Source: Geosiphon pyriformis uo1 (taxonomy: Eukaryota; Fungi; Glomeromycota). Taken from it: a DNA stretch of 64,000 bases. The stretch lies in contig JAAOMT010000760.1 in the NCBI GenBank assembly GCA_016748015.1, positions 859,237-923,236 on the forward strand, written 5' to 3'. Shown here piece after piece: positions 24,295 to 37,800 of this stretch (position 1 is its first letter; each line of letters begins with the position of its first letter). The notes under the pieces are model-generated. The model saw only the letters and a list, made by a program, of their open reading frames with translations. It was not told the origin of the DNA and did no database searches. A program made the translations under genes and the position numbers.

Positions 24295-26563
24295 TTTTTT
24301 TTTATTAAGATTTAATAAGTATGGCCCAATTATTATTTAGTAAGTCAGAATAAACTAAGTGTTTCAGTGTTAAACATGATTTATGTACTTTCTACATATA
24401 ACCAGCTACTTAAGCCAGTTCAGACTATATAATGCTAACAACTTACAAAAAAACTTGTTCAAGATAAACATCTTTTAAATTACATTAAACAAAGTGAGAC
24501 TACTAGGAACCAATCTAACAAGCCACTTAGCTGTTTTTATGGCACTAGACTTAATCTTAAGAGATTCAAATTTCCAGAATTCCATTAACTTACCAAACAC
24601 TTTATTATTTATTTCAACTAGAACTTTAAGATTACCAAACAAATTCATATTTTCCATGTTATATTCAGTTTTTAAGGCAATAATCTCTTTTTTTAACTTA
24701 TTAACAGACTTGCTAAAAGCACCTAAATGTACTATAAGCTTATTAAATTTGTTCTCAAACTTGTTGTTTGACATAAAATCACTCTTAATAAATTGTTCAA
24801 AAACCATTACCAATTTACCAACAGGTTTAACAATAAACTCAACTAATACAGAAAGCTTAGTCAAATCAGATTTCAGAGAAGACAACTAAGATAACACCAA
24901 AAAATTACCAGTAACAACTAAAAAAGATACAAAAGGTAACAGAGATAGAAACTCAGAAAAGCTCAAAAGAGCAAAAGTCTTAACATAAGACCTAAAGCCA
25001 ACAAAATATAGTGTAAACATCTTAGAAGTTTTAAGAAAAGAAGATAGAGACATCATACAACTCACCAATTTCTTGACACCTAAAACAGCATCAATAACCA
25101 GAAGTTTTTCACCAGATATGGCATTTTCTTAGTGTATCAATCTTGACTACAATAGCATTTAAATCCTCTTAAAAGCCAAATGTAATCAGAGCAAACTGGG
25201 AATAATGACCAGAATCAGGAAGATGAAAGATAAAACATGTCTAACCATCAATTTAAGAAATCATATCACTGATTTTAAAAGTAGTATAGCCAAAAAAAAA
25301 ATTAACTAACTTGGTCTTAAAAAACAAAATAGTCTTATTTTAATTTATCAAAAGAAGGATCCTAATACTATTTTTATTTACTAAAACTGACTAATGATTT
25401 AAAGCTAACACAATAGAATTCAGCTTTATAAAATAAATGATTACATATTGCCAAATGCCAGCAAACTTTAACACAACACAAGCAACTTTACTAAACACAT
25501 TAAGAGCTGTCTTAATATTAGCAACAAATACATCCAAAGGCACATCACACAGTACAACAACAGCAGAAGGGAAACCAAACTCAAAAACTACCAAAAACTT
25601 GGCAATTTTGAGAGTAGTTAAATGAACAGAGCTTGTGAGCTCAACCAAAAATGCAGCTTCCAAAGATACATAAAAAGCAAACTTCATATAAAAAAGATTT
25701 ATATTGTCTTTTAATACTGATTTTACACCCAAAAAACCATACACAAACTAAAAAACAGCCTTAATATAAGCCAATTTAATCTTGAAAGTAACATCAAGTA
25801 CCAAAATGAAGGCCACTTATTTAAAAAATCTTTAATGACTAGTAATAATTTCCTAAGCACCACCAAAAACAACACCAAAAACCAAAAAAGGGGATAAATC
25901 AGTTTTCATTTGATTAATCCAGTTCTTAAGAACAGATAACACTATAAAAAATAATTGCTTTGTTTCTAAAACTGGCAATGATCTGCTAAAGAATACCATA
26001 TTTAGCAATACAGCCAGTAGTTGATCTTGGCCCATCTTGAATGATGTGCCAGATAATACTACTGAAATTTTATCTAAAATCTCATTGAAAATCACAAAAA
26101 AATTCAGTATAACAATAATAAAAACAAGTGACTGCTTTTATTTTTTTTGAACTTTTGGTTTTTTTAATCATTTTTTTCAAAGAAAAGATGCTAGCAGCAC
26201 CAAGTGTTAAAGCTATAAAAGGAAAAACCAGCTTGTTAACTAGTTTGTTATTAAAAACTTTTGGGCTCTTAGTTGAAGTGAAGACAACACTAAGACTAAT
26301 TCAAGTGTGTTTCTTTAAAAAAACTTTGATTGGTAAAAAACCAGTCAAAGATAAAGAAAATACTTTAGCAGCTACTAAAAACAGCTTTTCATGATTACTA
26401 AATAAGAGAAAGATCTCTTAAACATTCTGTCTGATTGCTTCTACAACAGAAAAAACTCTTCTGGTTGAAATTTTATTAGATATCTTAGAAAAAATATCAA
26501 ATGCAGCTTTTTTACTCTTTGCTCTGGTCATAATTATAAAATTAAGGAGACAAAAAGTTTTTT
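24295..26563 (-). mobile_element. ORF1-only non-autonomous non-LTR element (HAL1-like), copy 1
   Basis: One decayed ORF from ATG 26531 (MTRAKSKK) to ~24430 with RRM-like segments (VVLCDVPLDV..IKTALNVF) and a degenerate CCHC; followed directly by the LINE-type 3' tail, AATAAA and poly(A); no APE or RT. Confidence 0.82.
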
Positions 26564-26674
26564 AGAATAATTTTGTTTATATTTTTACAAATAAAAAATA
26601 GAATTTTTTTTTTAAAAATTATAAATAAAAAAGTCATTATATTTTTTTATTAATTGTATAATTAATAATTATTA

Positions 26675-28521
26675 TTTTTTTTATTAAGATTTAATAAGAA
26701 TAGTTTAACCACTATTCAGAAATTAGAAACAAACTAAATATTCTAGTGCTAAATATAGTTCACACATTTTTTATATATAATCAGTTATTTAAACCAGTTT
26801 AGGCTATATTATATTGCTACAATAAAAGTAACTTACTTAAAGCTGATATTTTTTGAATTATATTAAATAATTAAATACTACAAGAGACTAATCCAATTCA
26901 CTACTCAGTTGTTTTTAAAAGATTAGTCTTATCACTATTAGACTTATGTGTTTAGAAAAACATCAAACTAGAAAATGTATTATTATTAATATCAATTGGA
27001 TAATTCAAGTCACCAGACATGTTAACATCCTCTATATAACACTTTTTTTTAGTAAAATTATTTCTCTTCCCAACTTATCAACAACTTTGCTAAAATAACT
27101 CAAATAAATCATAAGTTTATTAATCTTAAGGCTAAAAATACTGCTTAAAACCAAATTATCTTTAATAAACTGTTCAAAATAATAATCAAAGATTTAATAA
27201 GCTTAACAATTAATTTAACTAAAGTTGACAACTTGGTCATATTAAATTTTAAAGACACCAGCCAAGACAAAATCAAAAAATTATTTTTAATCTTAAAAAA
27301 AAAAAAAGTTACTAATAAAAAAAATTCAAAAAAGTCCAGAAGAGCAGACATCTTAACATAAAACTTCATATTTACAAAATATAGAGCAAATACTTTGGAA
27401 GTTTTGAGAGAAAAAAGTGAAAAAATTTTAGAGTTTATAGTTAAATGGCCCATTTCTTGACATCTAAAACTGTCTTAATATTAACAGCAAACACACCTAA
27501 TAACACATCACACAATATAACAGCAGCAAAAAAAACCAGACTCAGAAATTACCAAAGAGTTGGTAATTTTAAGAATAACAAGATAAATAGAACTTGTAAG
27601 TTCAACCAGAAATGCAGTATTCAGGGAGTTTTGAGAAGCAAACTCTATACAAAAAAGTTTTACATTGTTTTTAGAAACAGATTTTACACCCAAAAAACCA
27701 TGTACAAACTGAAAAACATCTTTAACATAAGCTAACTTAATCTTAAAAGTTGTACCAGACACTAAAATAGAGGCTATTCATCCAGTGAATTTTTAATAAC
27801 TAAAAATAGTTTCCCAAACATTACTAGTGGCAGCACCAAAAACTAACAAAGAGGATGATTTAGTTTCTATTTGGTCAGCCCAATTTTCAAGAACAAATAA
27901 CACTATAAAAGATAATTGCTTTGTTTCTAAAACCAGTAATAATCTGCTAAAAGACATCATATTTGGCAATACAGCCAATAATTGATTTTGGTCTATCTTG
28001 AATGACATGTCAAATAATACAACAAAGATCTTATTTAAGATTTCATTAGAAACCACAAAAGTGTTTGGTATAATAATAACAAAAACAAGTGACTGCTCTC
28101 ACTTTTTTGAATCTTTGGTCTTTTTAATCATATTTTTTGAAAAGGTGGTATTAGTAACATTAAATGTAAAAGCTATAAAGAAAAAAACCAGCTTGTTGAC
28201 TGGTTTATTATTAAAAACCTTTGGGCTCTTAATTGAAATAAAGGCAACACTAGAACTAACTTAAGTGTGTCTTTTTAAAAGAACTTTGACTAATAAAAAA
28301 CCAGCCAAAGATAAAAAAAATGCTTCAACAGCTACTAAAAGCAGCTTTTTACAATTACTGGGTAAAAAAAAGACTTCTAAAACGTTTTGTCTAGCTGTTT
28401 TTACAACAGAGAAAGCTTTTTTAGTTAAAATTTTATTAAATATCTCAAAAAAAATATTAAGTACAGCTTTTTTATTCTTTACTCTGATTATGATTATAAA
28501 ATTAAAAAGACAAAAAAAGAG
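26675..28521 (-). mobile_element. ORF1-only non-autonomous non-LTR element (HAL1-like), copy 2, with internal deletion
   Basis: Colinear with copy 1; poly(A) at 26675; flanked by ATAATTATTA at 26665-26674 and 28522-28531. Confidence 0.82.
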
Positions 28522-28585
28522 ATAATTATTAAACTTAATAAAAATTTAATTATATATTATTAAGAAGGTAATAAATATAAAATAA

Positions 28586-31500
28586 TTTTTTATTAATTTT
28601 TATTAATTGTATTTAGTAAGTGAAGTTCAATTACTATCTAATACATAAAACCAAACTAAGTAGTTTAAACTAAATGCGATTTATAAACTTATTACATATA
28701 ACTGGCTATTAAGACCAAACAAAGTAATATTACACACCTATATAAATACACATATTATTATATAATCTTAAAAAAAACAGACACAGTTTGTGATAATCAA
28801 AACTGACAGCAAAAAACTCAACAATACTAAGCAATCTAATCACATTATCTGACAATATAGATATCACACTACAAAACAACTTCAATACCAAACCACTATT
28901 CTTAAATAAACCAGTTTTTTTTATATCTATTCTATACTTGAATTTTATCAGCCATATTTTAGCATAATGTAACTCTACTAAATGCTTTATGTAATTAATA
29001 ACAGCAGAGACAGTTTTTTTTTTAGCAAAAATTCCAATAGCTTTTATATACTAATCCCTTAACACAAATCTCTTATAAACTACTGTATACAGACTTATAT
29101 CTGAAAAATATTTAGAAAATGTCCACAAAATAATAAAAGAAGACAAATCACAAACTCCTGTTAAAGCAATCCAATACACAAACACTTCAACCAAAATTTT
29201 TTTTTAAATATTAACATCTCAAACACATATAAAAGCATGATCAGAGAACTCCACTTCATTATAAAGCAAATATAATACACCAAAATATCACTTATCATAC
29301 AATTTTTTCTTAACTACTATTAGTAGCCATTTATATATAGCTTTTATTAGATACATATACAGATTAGAAGACTTTCAACTAGTAAACTCAGAAAGCATAT
29401 GTAAATCAAAATGTTATATTCTTACAGTAGTAGTTCAATCTATATTTTTGATTAATACATTTAGAATCATATTATAACCAGGACCAGTTTCTTAATAAGT
29501 GTGACAAATAGATCTAAACAAATTTCTAATAAAATAATAAGCATTGCCTAATACAACAGTGTTTTTAGCAACCCAAAAACAGATTCGTATTTCCACTAAC
29601 AAAGAAAAAAAAAATAAACAGTCTTATCCACTATAGCATCAGTCTTTACATTATCAGACACTTCTGAATAACTTTTGGTTTTTACTCAACTTACTATAAG
29701 ATTCTTATTCCTAATCAAATTAACAATATGTTTTTTTTCTAACCAACAACAATTACAAAAGTCTGATACAGCAAACAACACATCAAACACATATGTATCA
29801 ATTACAGCTTGGCTGTTAAAGTGCAAAATTACCATGCAAGAAAATGGAATACACTTTAAGAACAGAGCAACAGTCTGTAATTCAGCCATAGTAGATAACA
29901 AAAGCCCATGTGCTCCAATTTCAATACCCATATCTATAGCAAAAAAATACACAGCTGTTTACTAGTTATATTAGCAAAGCCAGTATTTTTTAATAAATAA
30001 TCTGTATAAACATCAAATAAGTCAAACCAAATTTTATGCAAACCACTCCAAATTTTAGAAAACCTCTTGGATTCTAAAATGTTCAAGTTTAATAACTGAT
30101 TGGTTTTAACAAAATTACTTAACAAAAAAATTTTATAATGCAAAAATTTAGATATAAACTCAAACCAATAAAACACAGGGCCTCTAAGATTCAATCTTTT
30201 CTATCGACAAAAAGTCATCCAGTTCATTACAACATCTTTTTTATCAAAAAACCTATCATTAAAAGTGATTCTAAAACACTTCAAGAAATAAACAAAACCA
30301 AAATACAAAGTTTTTTCCACAATTATTGACATAGAAAAATTACCAGAACTACAAAAAGTATTGAGAAAATTGTTTATTAAAGACAGTTCATTGTCTAAAA
30401 AAATTTTTACTACTTTAGCCAAAAAATTGTTTATTAGACTAATATACAACTTGATAAAAAATTGCAAAAAATTTAGAAAAGCCCAGTTTATAATCTGCAA
30501 ATCCAAAAATCTATAATTAAACAGACACCTAAAAATGTCTAAAGTATTAGCAAAGGAGATCAAAGCAGTTACTTTTTCTTTGGACTGCACTTGCTTAAAT
30601 AATTTTTGATTATATAAAAAAAGATAATACAAAGTCTTATTAGAGAAATCACAGGACAAACAGACTTTAGATTTGAGGTTTTTTTTAATCATAACATCTT
30701 ACTTGTAGTACATATTTAATAAGACAAAATTGAACTAGATTTTATAACTGATTATGGACTACAAAACAGCTAACACCAAATAAGAAAACTGCTTATTTAT
30801 AATAGTCTTTCTAAGCACCACATTAACAAAAAACTGAATATCAAAATAAGTCTTGATTACACTAGACTTGAATAAACCTTCAGTCAACAAAAAAATCTCT
30901 AGATATCTATGTACTTTACTTTTCTTGACAATTAAAATTGGCTAATCACTAATACTTAAAAAAACAACTCTAACATTCTAATTAATAGAAATAGCTACTG
31001 TTTTTTTATTGTTAATTGAAATATTATTGATTCTAAAAAACTTACTAACAATGTTTAAAGTGTATTGTATAAACATCTGACTGCTTCTAACCCAAATAAT
31101 ATCATCAAAAAATACATCAACAGTAAAAAAAAAAGACATTCCATTACTGTTCTCAATTCTGCCAGTCTTTGTTACAAACTTAATATCAATTCAGTACTTG
31201 CACAAATGTTTTTGTTTTTTAACCTTATATAAAAATAGATCATAAAAAATTCTTTAAAAAAAGAGTAAAAAGACTTTACTTTGATCCAATCTATTATGCA
31301 CTCTATAATTATCTGAAAGACCAAAATTAGTTATGACTCTGTTAACCCTATTTTTATGTATGCTGTCAAAAAATCTGATAAATTTACTACATATTTTGAT
31401 CTACTACAAGCTAGCTCTCAAATAGTGCCAACTAACTAAATTATATGCTTTGTGCATATCCTACAGGACCAACTAGAGTTTTCTATTTTTCTTCAAAGCA

Positions 31501-33860
31501 TTTTCAACCACTGATCCAACAGCAAAAACAAGAAACTGAATAGATGTACTTTTTAAAACCAAAAAATTATCATCATGAAAAAACCAAACTTGCTATATAC
31601 AGACGAAATCCAATCAAACAGAATCTTAGAAAAAATTTTTCTGGCAGTTTTGATTAGAGTAATAAATTAAAGTATTTGTAAGAATCTTATTCCAATTATA
31701 AGGTTTAAGAATAATTAAAACCCAGACTTTTTTCCACAAAACAGACATATCACTAACAGACAAATACATATTTAATAATTCTAAAAGACATCCTGCTATC
31801 TTATTGCTACTATGCTTTCAAAGTTCATTAGAAATGCCAGACAAACCAGCAGTTTTGCTATCAGATAAACCACTAATTACTAAAAGCAATTCCTCCATAC
31901 TAATTTTTTTCATCATGTCAGAAAAAGCATTATCTTTTACATAATTTAACAATACATATTAGTAAATCCAAAAATCAAACAATGTCACAGACACAATCTG
32001 CTTTCTTATTTAACTTTTCATAATTACATTAACACTGAACTTTATCTTCTTTGGTTCCAAAACCAATTTACTATCTACTACCAAATAATTTAGAACCACT
32101 TTTTAAAAAAACTGATCTAAAATGCTTCTAATCATATCATTTTTATCAGAACTAAAATTTTTTATGTGTTTCTTAATTGCTTTCTTAATAAACATTTTTT
32201 CAGCCAATTTTGGCTTATATATCTTGAACCTTCTGTATATTTTATAAATTAATGAAAAATGTTTGATGATATCTATAAGTTTTTTACCATTTTGTATTAT
32301 GTTTGCAACTATAATAGCTTTATTCTTATTTAAAATTGACCATTTTTTAATAAGACAATCAAATCTAAGTATATTATTTAAGCCTAACTTTTTAACAATT
32401 TTGGCAATTAACAATTCCAACCCAAAAAACTTAGAAGACAGTCTGTTTTTTGAACACTGAAATTAACTGAACCAATGTCTTAAAAATATTTTATCAGCTG
32501 ACTTCACCATCATCTTTTTCAGTAGCATTTACATAACATTCAAATCATTACAAGTCTTAGTATTTAAAAACCTATTTCTTACTACCAAAAGCTTGATAAA
32601 AGAATATTTCTTAAATTGTATCTACTTGGCACCATTTGCATTCTTGATTTTAAACTTCTATTAATTTTTATAAGTTTGTTTACATAAGCCATTTAAATAA
32701 ACATTCAAGAGTCTACTCAAATCAATTAACACTAAAACAGTCTTGTAATTAGTGTCAAAAAATGTAGTTACTAAATCAACTACATAATAAACAACTGCTA
32801 ATAATAAGCTTTCACTGACAAAAATATAGTCTAAAACTTTATTAACACCTATCAAATTGCTTTAAGTTAAAGCTTTGACCAATAAATGTCTACCAAATAA
32901 GTTAACTAAACCCAAATCCAAAAAAAACTTGAAACTTGCACTTTTTTTAGACCTATTTTCATTGAAATTCTCATTTAAAACCACAAAATTACTAGAGTTA
33001 ACAGCTTTAGCAATAAAAAAATTGATTTCTAAAGCCTAATTAAACCTAGTTTTAGCAGAAACACCAGTATACAAATCCAAAATTGTGACTAAGAGCTTGT
33101 TTTTAAAAAAAAGCTGTATTAAAACAATATAACCAAAAATCTCTTTTATCTTAGAAATATAACAAACCATAAAATTGTTCATAATAATAACAACTCCAAT
33201 ACTAAAAAAACTTTTCTCAAACCAAATATAAAGATCCATACTCTCTTTAACTTATTTGCAATTTATGGCTTGACACTAGATCTCAACTTTGTTTCTGTTA
33301 CAAAAAAATTATAGTTCTTGAATTCACATACCAATGAACAATGTCTTCTTGCTTAACAGGAACATTAATATTTCTAACATTACAAGTAGCAAATTTTCAC
33401 ACCAAATTTGTTATTGAGAATAGAAATTTTTTGTACTCAAATTAAAATTATCTACTTTAGCCATTAGGCCCATAATTGTAGTTGACAAATTATCAATGTT
33501 TTTTTTTAGCTTTAACACAATAAACATATCAAAAACTACTACTTTCACAACAGTTTTACTATTAGTGGCTGTATTTAAACTCTCATTTATTATTATATCT
33601 GCCCCTTAATTCTGTGATAAAGAGGTTACTAATAGCTAAAATCTAGGGCTAAGCTAAGAAACTGTTGGCCTAAGTGCATCTAATCTCTTAGCTAACTCAC
33701 CAACTTGCTTTACAAGGCTGGTGAGACTATGTTCAAGAGTTGCAAATCTATCATTTATTTCAACAAACACTAAAAAGAGAGACTTTATTTCTAAAGAGGA
33801 GTTAAAATTAACTGAATTATTTTATATAGAAAAAAAAAAGAAAAATCAATTAGCAATCAT
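28586..33860 (-). mobile_element. LINE-b, 3' part: end of ORF1, ORF2 (APE-RT-RNase H-C-terminal Cys/His), 3' UTR, A-rich tail
   Basis: ORF2 from 33414 (I/M)TNLV*KFATCNVR; LVLQDMHKAYN-like; VFFDDIIWV (~31090-31120); RNase H VYTD..STMAELQTVAL; ends ~28730. Confidence 0.9.
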
Positions 33861-34808
33861 AAAAAAAAATACAAGAAAAATAATAAAAAAAACAGATAAG
33901 AAATATAGACCAATAAGAAAATAATATTGAGCACATTAATATATTGCTAATAAATAATGATATATTGCTCAGCAATGTGAGCAATATTAGTAGATTAAGA
34001 CATATTGCTTAGCAATATGAACAATGTTAGTAGATTAGAACATATTACTCAGCAATGTGAGCATTGTTCAAAAAATTATAGCACATTGCTCATGAATGTA
34101 TAAGATCTTATAGAACATTAATTATATATATATAGCGAAAGTATTAAAAACAAAAAAAACAGAATTCATAACTAGAACTTACAATTAAAATATCCAGTTA
34201 AGAAACACAGTTAAAAACAATTCAAAATTCACATTACATATCAATAAATTATTAATTACTATTTGAATCTATATTATTATTGCTTGATTAAAGAATATTA
34301 ATTATTTCTACTTTATCTATATTCTATGTTAATAGAATCTAACTCTTAATTACACTAGAACAATAACTCTTGAACATGACTATTGACAGAATACTAATTT
34401 CTTTTTTTTCTTTTATTTTTTTTAATTTTTTTAATTTTTTTATCTCTTTTGTTGTTTGTTGTTTACTAACTAATTTAAAGAACTAAGTACTAAGTAATTG
34501 ACATCAAAAATAACCTGGTAAAAAACCCAAAAATAAGGATATAAAATTTATAACTTAATGAAAAGCTTACCAAAAGAACACAACTATCAGAATAAACTAG
34601 CTACTATACTGAAAAAAAAATTTGACAAAGTCAATATTTCAGGAGACTACTAAAAACAATCATTAAATCTTTGTCTATTATACAAAGAACTTCAATCCAA
34701 AATCTTTAGATATGAAAATCTTTAGAGATTACTAACATAATTTAGCTATTAAGCACCAAATTACTGGTGTTTTATTTGTATTAACACTTCAAATAATCAT
34801 TTGTAATA
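33861..34808 (+). repeat. 5' LTR of element B (first ~8 nt lost)
   Basis: Matches 52878-53638 + 54609-54812; ends tgtaata (from tgtaaca). Confidence 0.9.
33960..34072 (+). repeat. 40-bp tandem repeat (~2.7 copies) with palindrome ATTGCTCAGCAAT in U3 of LTR B (also ~52987-53098)
   Basis: Units begin at 33961, 34001 and 34041. Confidence 0.88.
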
Positions 34809-34810
34809 TT

Positions 34811-34822
34811 TGGTGTTTCTTG
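34811..34822 (+). promoter_or_regulatory. Primer-binding site of element B
   Basis: TGGTGTTTCTTG 2 nt after the LTR. Confidence 0.75.
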
Positions 34823-34872
34823 TAAAGTATAATTTAGCAGAGAATCAGTATTAACAACAACTATCTCAAACA

Positions 34873-37800
34873 ATGGCAGAATTAGAAAAACTAAAAACAA
34901 ACCACTTGGGATTTATAAAAGCTTTATTTTGACATTATTAAACTCACTTAGAATTAACAAGTAACCATTGGCCAGCAGAATCAATTTTCAACTTTTATGT
35001 CAATAGAAGGATTAAATTTTATCTAAGAAACCAAAGAGATCTAAAAGCAGTACTTACCAATTTTTATAGTAAATTACTTCAGAACACTACACTTTCACAA
35101 AATTATTTGTTTACTTTAATAATTACAGAAATCAATAGAGAAATTGAAAAACATACCAGACAGAAATTTCCTATTACTTTTGCAGACAACAACAAAGAAA
35201 AATTACAAACATCAATAGGAATACTAAGAAACATATAACTATCTACTTGAAAGAAATCAAAAATAGTTTTACTTATTTACTCATTATACTATCATATACC
35301 AAGAAGTATTATCAACATAACATCAACAGGCATGTTTACATTAACTGTAAAAACACTATCAGCAAAAATCACATTTCAAAGCCAACAAAAAAAAGCTGAC
35401 TTATTGAGAACTTATAGTGATTACTTTAAAGAATTTAAATCATGATTATCAACATCATCAAAATTTCAATCACCACTATCTCAACCCAATTTTGGAACTG
35501 CTAGTCTTTAGAAAATAATTGACTCTGAAAAAGAAGAAAATAAAAATCAGAAATTTAATTATCAAACTCTAATTGTTCCAATTTAGCAAAACCTAAATAA
35601 TCTAAACTCATCTTTTATTGTTTCCCAAAACTTACTTTCAGTAATTATAATCAATTTACCACTAGTTGCACCAATTGTTAAATCCCAATAACAGTTACAA
35701 CAACCACTTTAACCACAATCATTACAACAATTGTTACCAATAGCATATGTACCAATTATTAAATTAAAAAAATTCAATAACAAGAAAGACAATATTCAAG
35801 TTTGGTTAAATAATATCACAAAAGCCATTACTGCCAATAATTGGAATAATGCTAGAGCTTTCCAAGCCATCCTATATTTTTTTTAGAATATTGCTAACTT
35901 ATAGCATTATAGCTTAATCCAGAAGCCCCAAAATTTCAATAATTTTAAAACTGAATTTATGAGATATTTTAGTAATAATAACAGTATTAATTACTTTACA
36001 ATTGTTTTTACTATCATCAAACAAAGAGAAACTGAAATTATCACCACATACCTAGAATGTTTTCATAGAAATCTGCACCAAATACAAGCAATTAACACAA
36101 ATTATTTTATAGTACTACAGATTTTGAACCAGTTTATTTATGGTCTGCACAATAGCATCTTATAACATATATGTTTATTATATTCACAAACATTTCAAGA
36201 CACAATTACACATGCCTAAGATTTTAAATCAGCCAAGCTAAAAGCCAATCACATCCAAGCTATTAATCTAGTAATAAATTAGACTTTAAGTTAAAACAAT
36301 TTAATAATTCCATTAATCAAAAATTAAAAGAATACTTAGCTAACAATCAAGTCATTTATTAACTTTTACAATATTGCAATAATTCAAAAAATTCAAATTA
36401 TCTTTAAAATTAACTGCATCTATTATCATCAAACAATCAACAGTGGTGACAAAAAACACGTAGTTATCACATTTGTGATAAACAAAAACATTTGCAATTT
36501 GAATATTACATCTGGTTAAATAATCAATAATCAGAAAATTAGTATCAAAACTCTAATCAGCAATTTCAAACTCCAAATTATCAACCAAATCAAAACTTAT
36601 ATTAACTTTATTACACCCCAATAATGCAACAAGCAATATACTTACTACTAATTTATCAGTCTTTAATATTAGTAATATATCAACTACAGTCACAAATTAT
36701 CTATTAACTACAACAACTTCAAACACTATTACTAAACTCAACTTAAATGACATCTGAAAATCAAAAACCAAGAATTATGCATATCTGACAAAACTGAAAA
36801 TCAGCAATAGTAATTTATCAATCAATCCCCAGTTCCTCAAATTAATCATTAAGATTATGTCAATAGAGTTCAAATATGGGATACACCCAAAACCTGAATT
36901 TCCAGAATTACTTAAGTCTTCTGATCAACTCAGAAGACACCTAATTCAGCAAACAGAAATCCAAGCCCAACTATTTATCTACAATATTCTATTTGCAATT
37001 ATTACTGAAAACAAATCACTTGTAGTAATATTTTCTTTTAAAATAGAAAAAACAACAACAACCATACCTCTATTCAGTGATACTGTTCTTGACACCAAAC
37101 TCATTATAGCAATGTACACAGATGCCAAAGTTAATGGTCACTATATTAAACTAATTCTTGATAGTGATTCAGCAAGCAGCATTATTACATGACAACTTAT
37201 GAACTAATTAAGTTGCTAAGTTAATTATGCTGCCAGCACCAAGATTATTACAGCCAATAAAGTGACCAAAACTCTAATTGGCAAAATTAATGACTTTTTA
37301 TTCAAAGTTAATAGCATTATCATGCCAATCAAGGTTTTTGTTATGGAAGCCACCCAGTACTAAGCTCTAATTGGTAATAACTGGTTGTCCAAAACCAATG
37401 CAGTACTTGACTGGAACACTTAGGAATTACAACTGAGCCAAAATAGCTAAAACATTCAAGTACTAACTACTTGTAATTATTTCAAAACTATTACCAATAA
37501 GCAACTACTAATTGAGTTTAAAAAAAAAGAGGAAAAACCTACCTGAAAAATGTATTAAGTATTATAGGCTGAAAAAAATTACAATAAACTACCACCAATC
37601 TCAGACTGAAAAAAACAAGAAAAAGCAAAAGCAAAAAAAGAACTTGAGACAACTATTTCTACTTATATTCTATATACTACTCTTTATGTCAACTTACAGT
37701 ATTGTCAGCCAAAGCTAGTTTGTATTAATTATAACAGAAAATTGTCATTAATGAGCATATGTTGTGGTAATAATAAGAAATAACTTACAGCAACAAAATA

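Noticed and set aside
24280-26580. TSDs for HAL copy 1 and LINE-b
   Set aside because: Only imperfect AT-rich matches (e.g. TAATTGTTTAT vs TAATTTTGTTTAT), indistinguishable from chance
33960-34072. Regularly spaced palindromic repeats resembling a CRISPR array
   Set aside because: The whole 40-bp unit repeats with no unique spacers, there are no cas genes, and it lies in both LTRs
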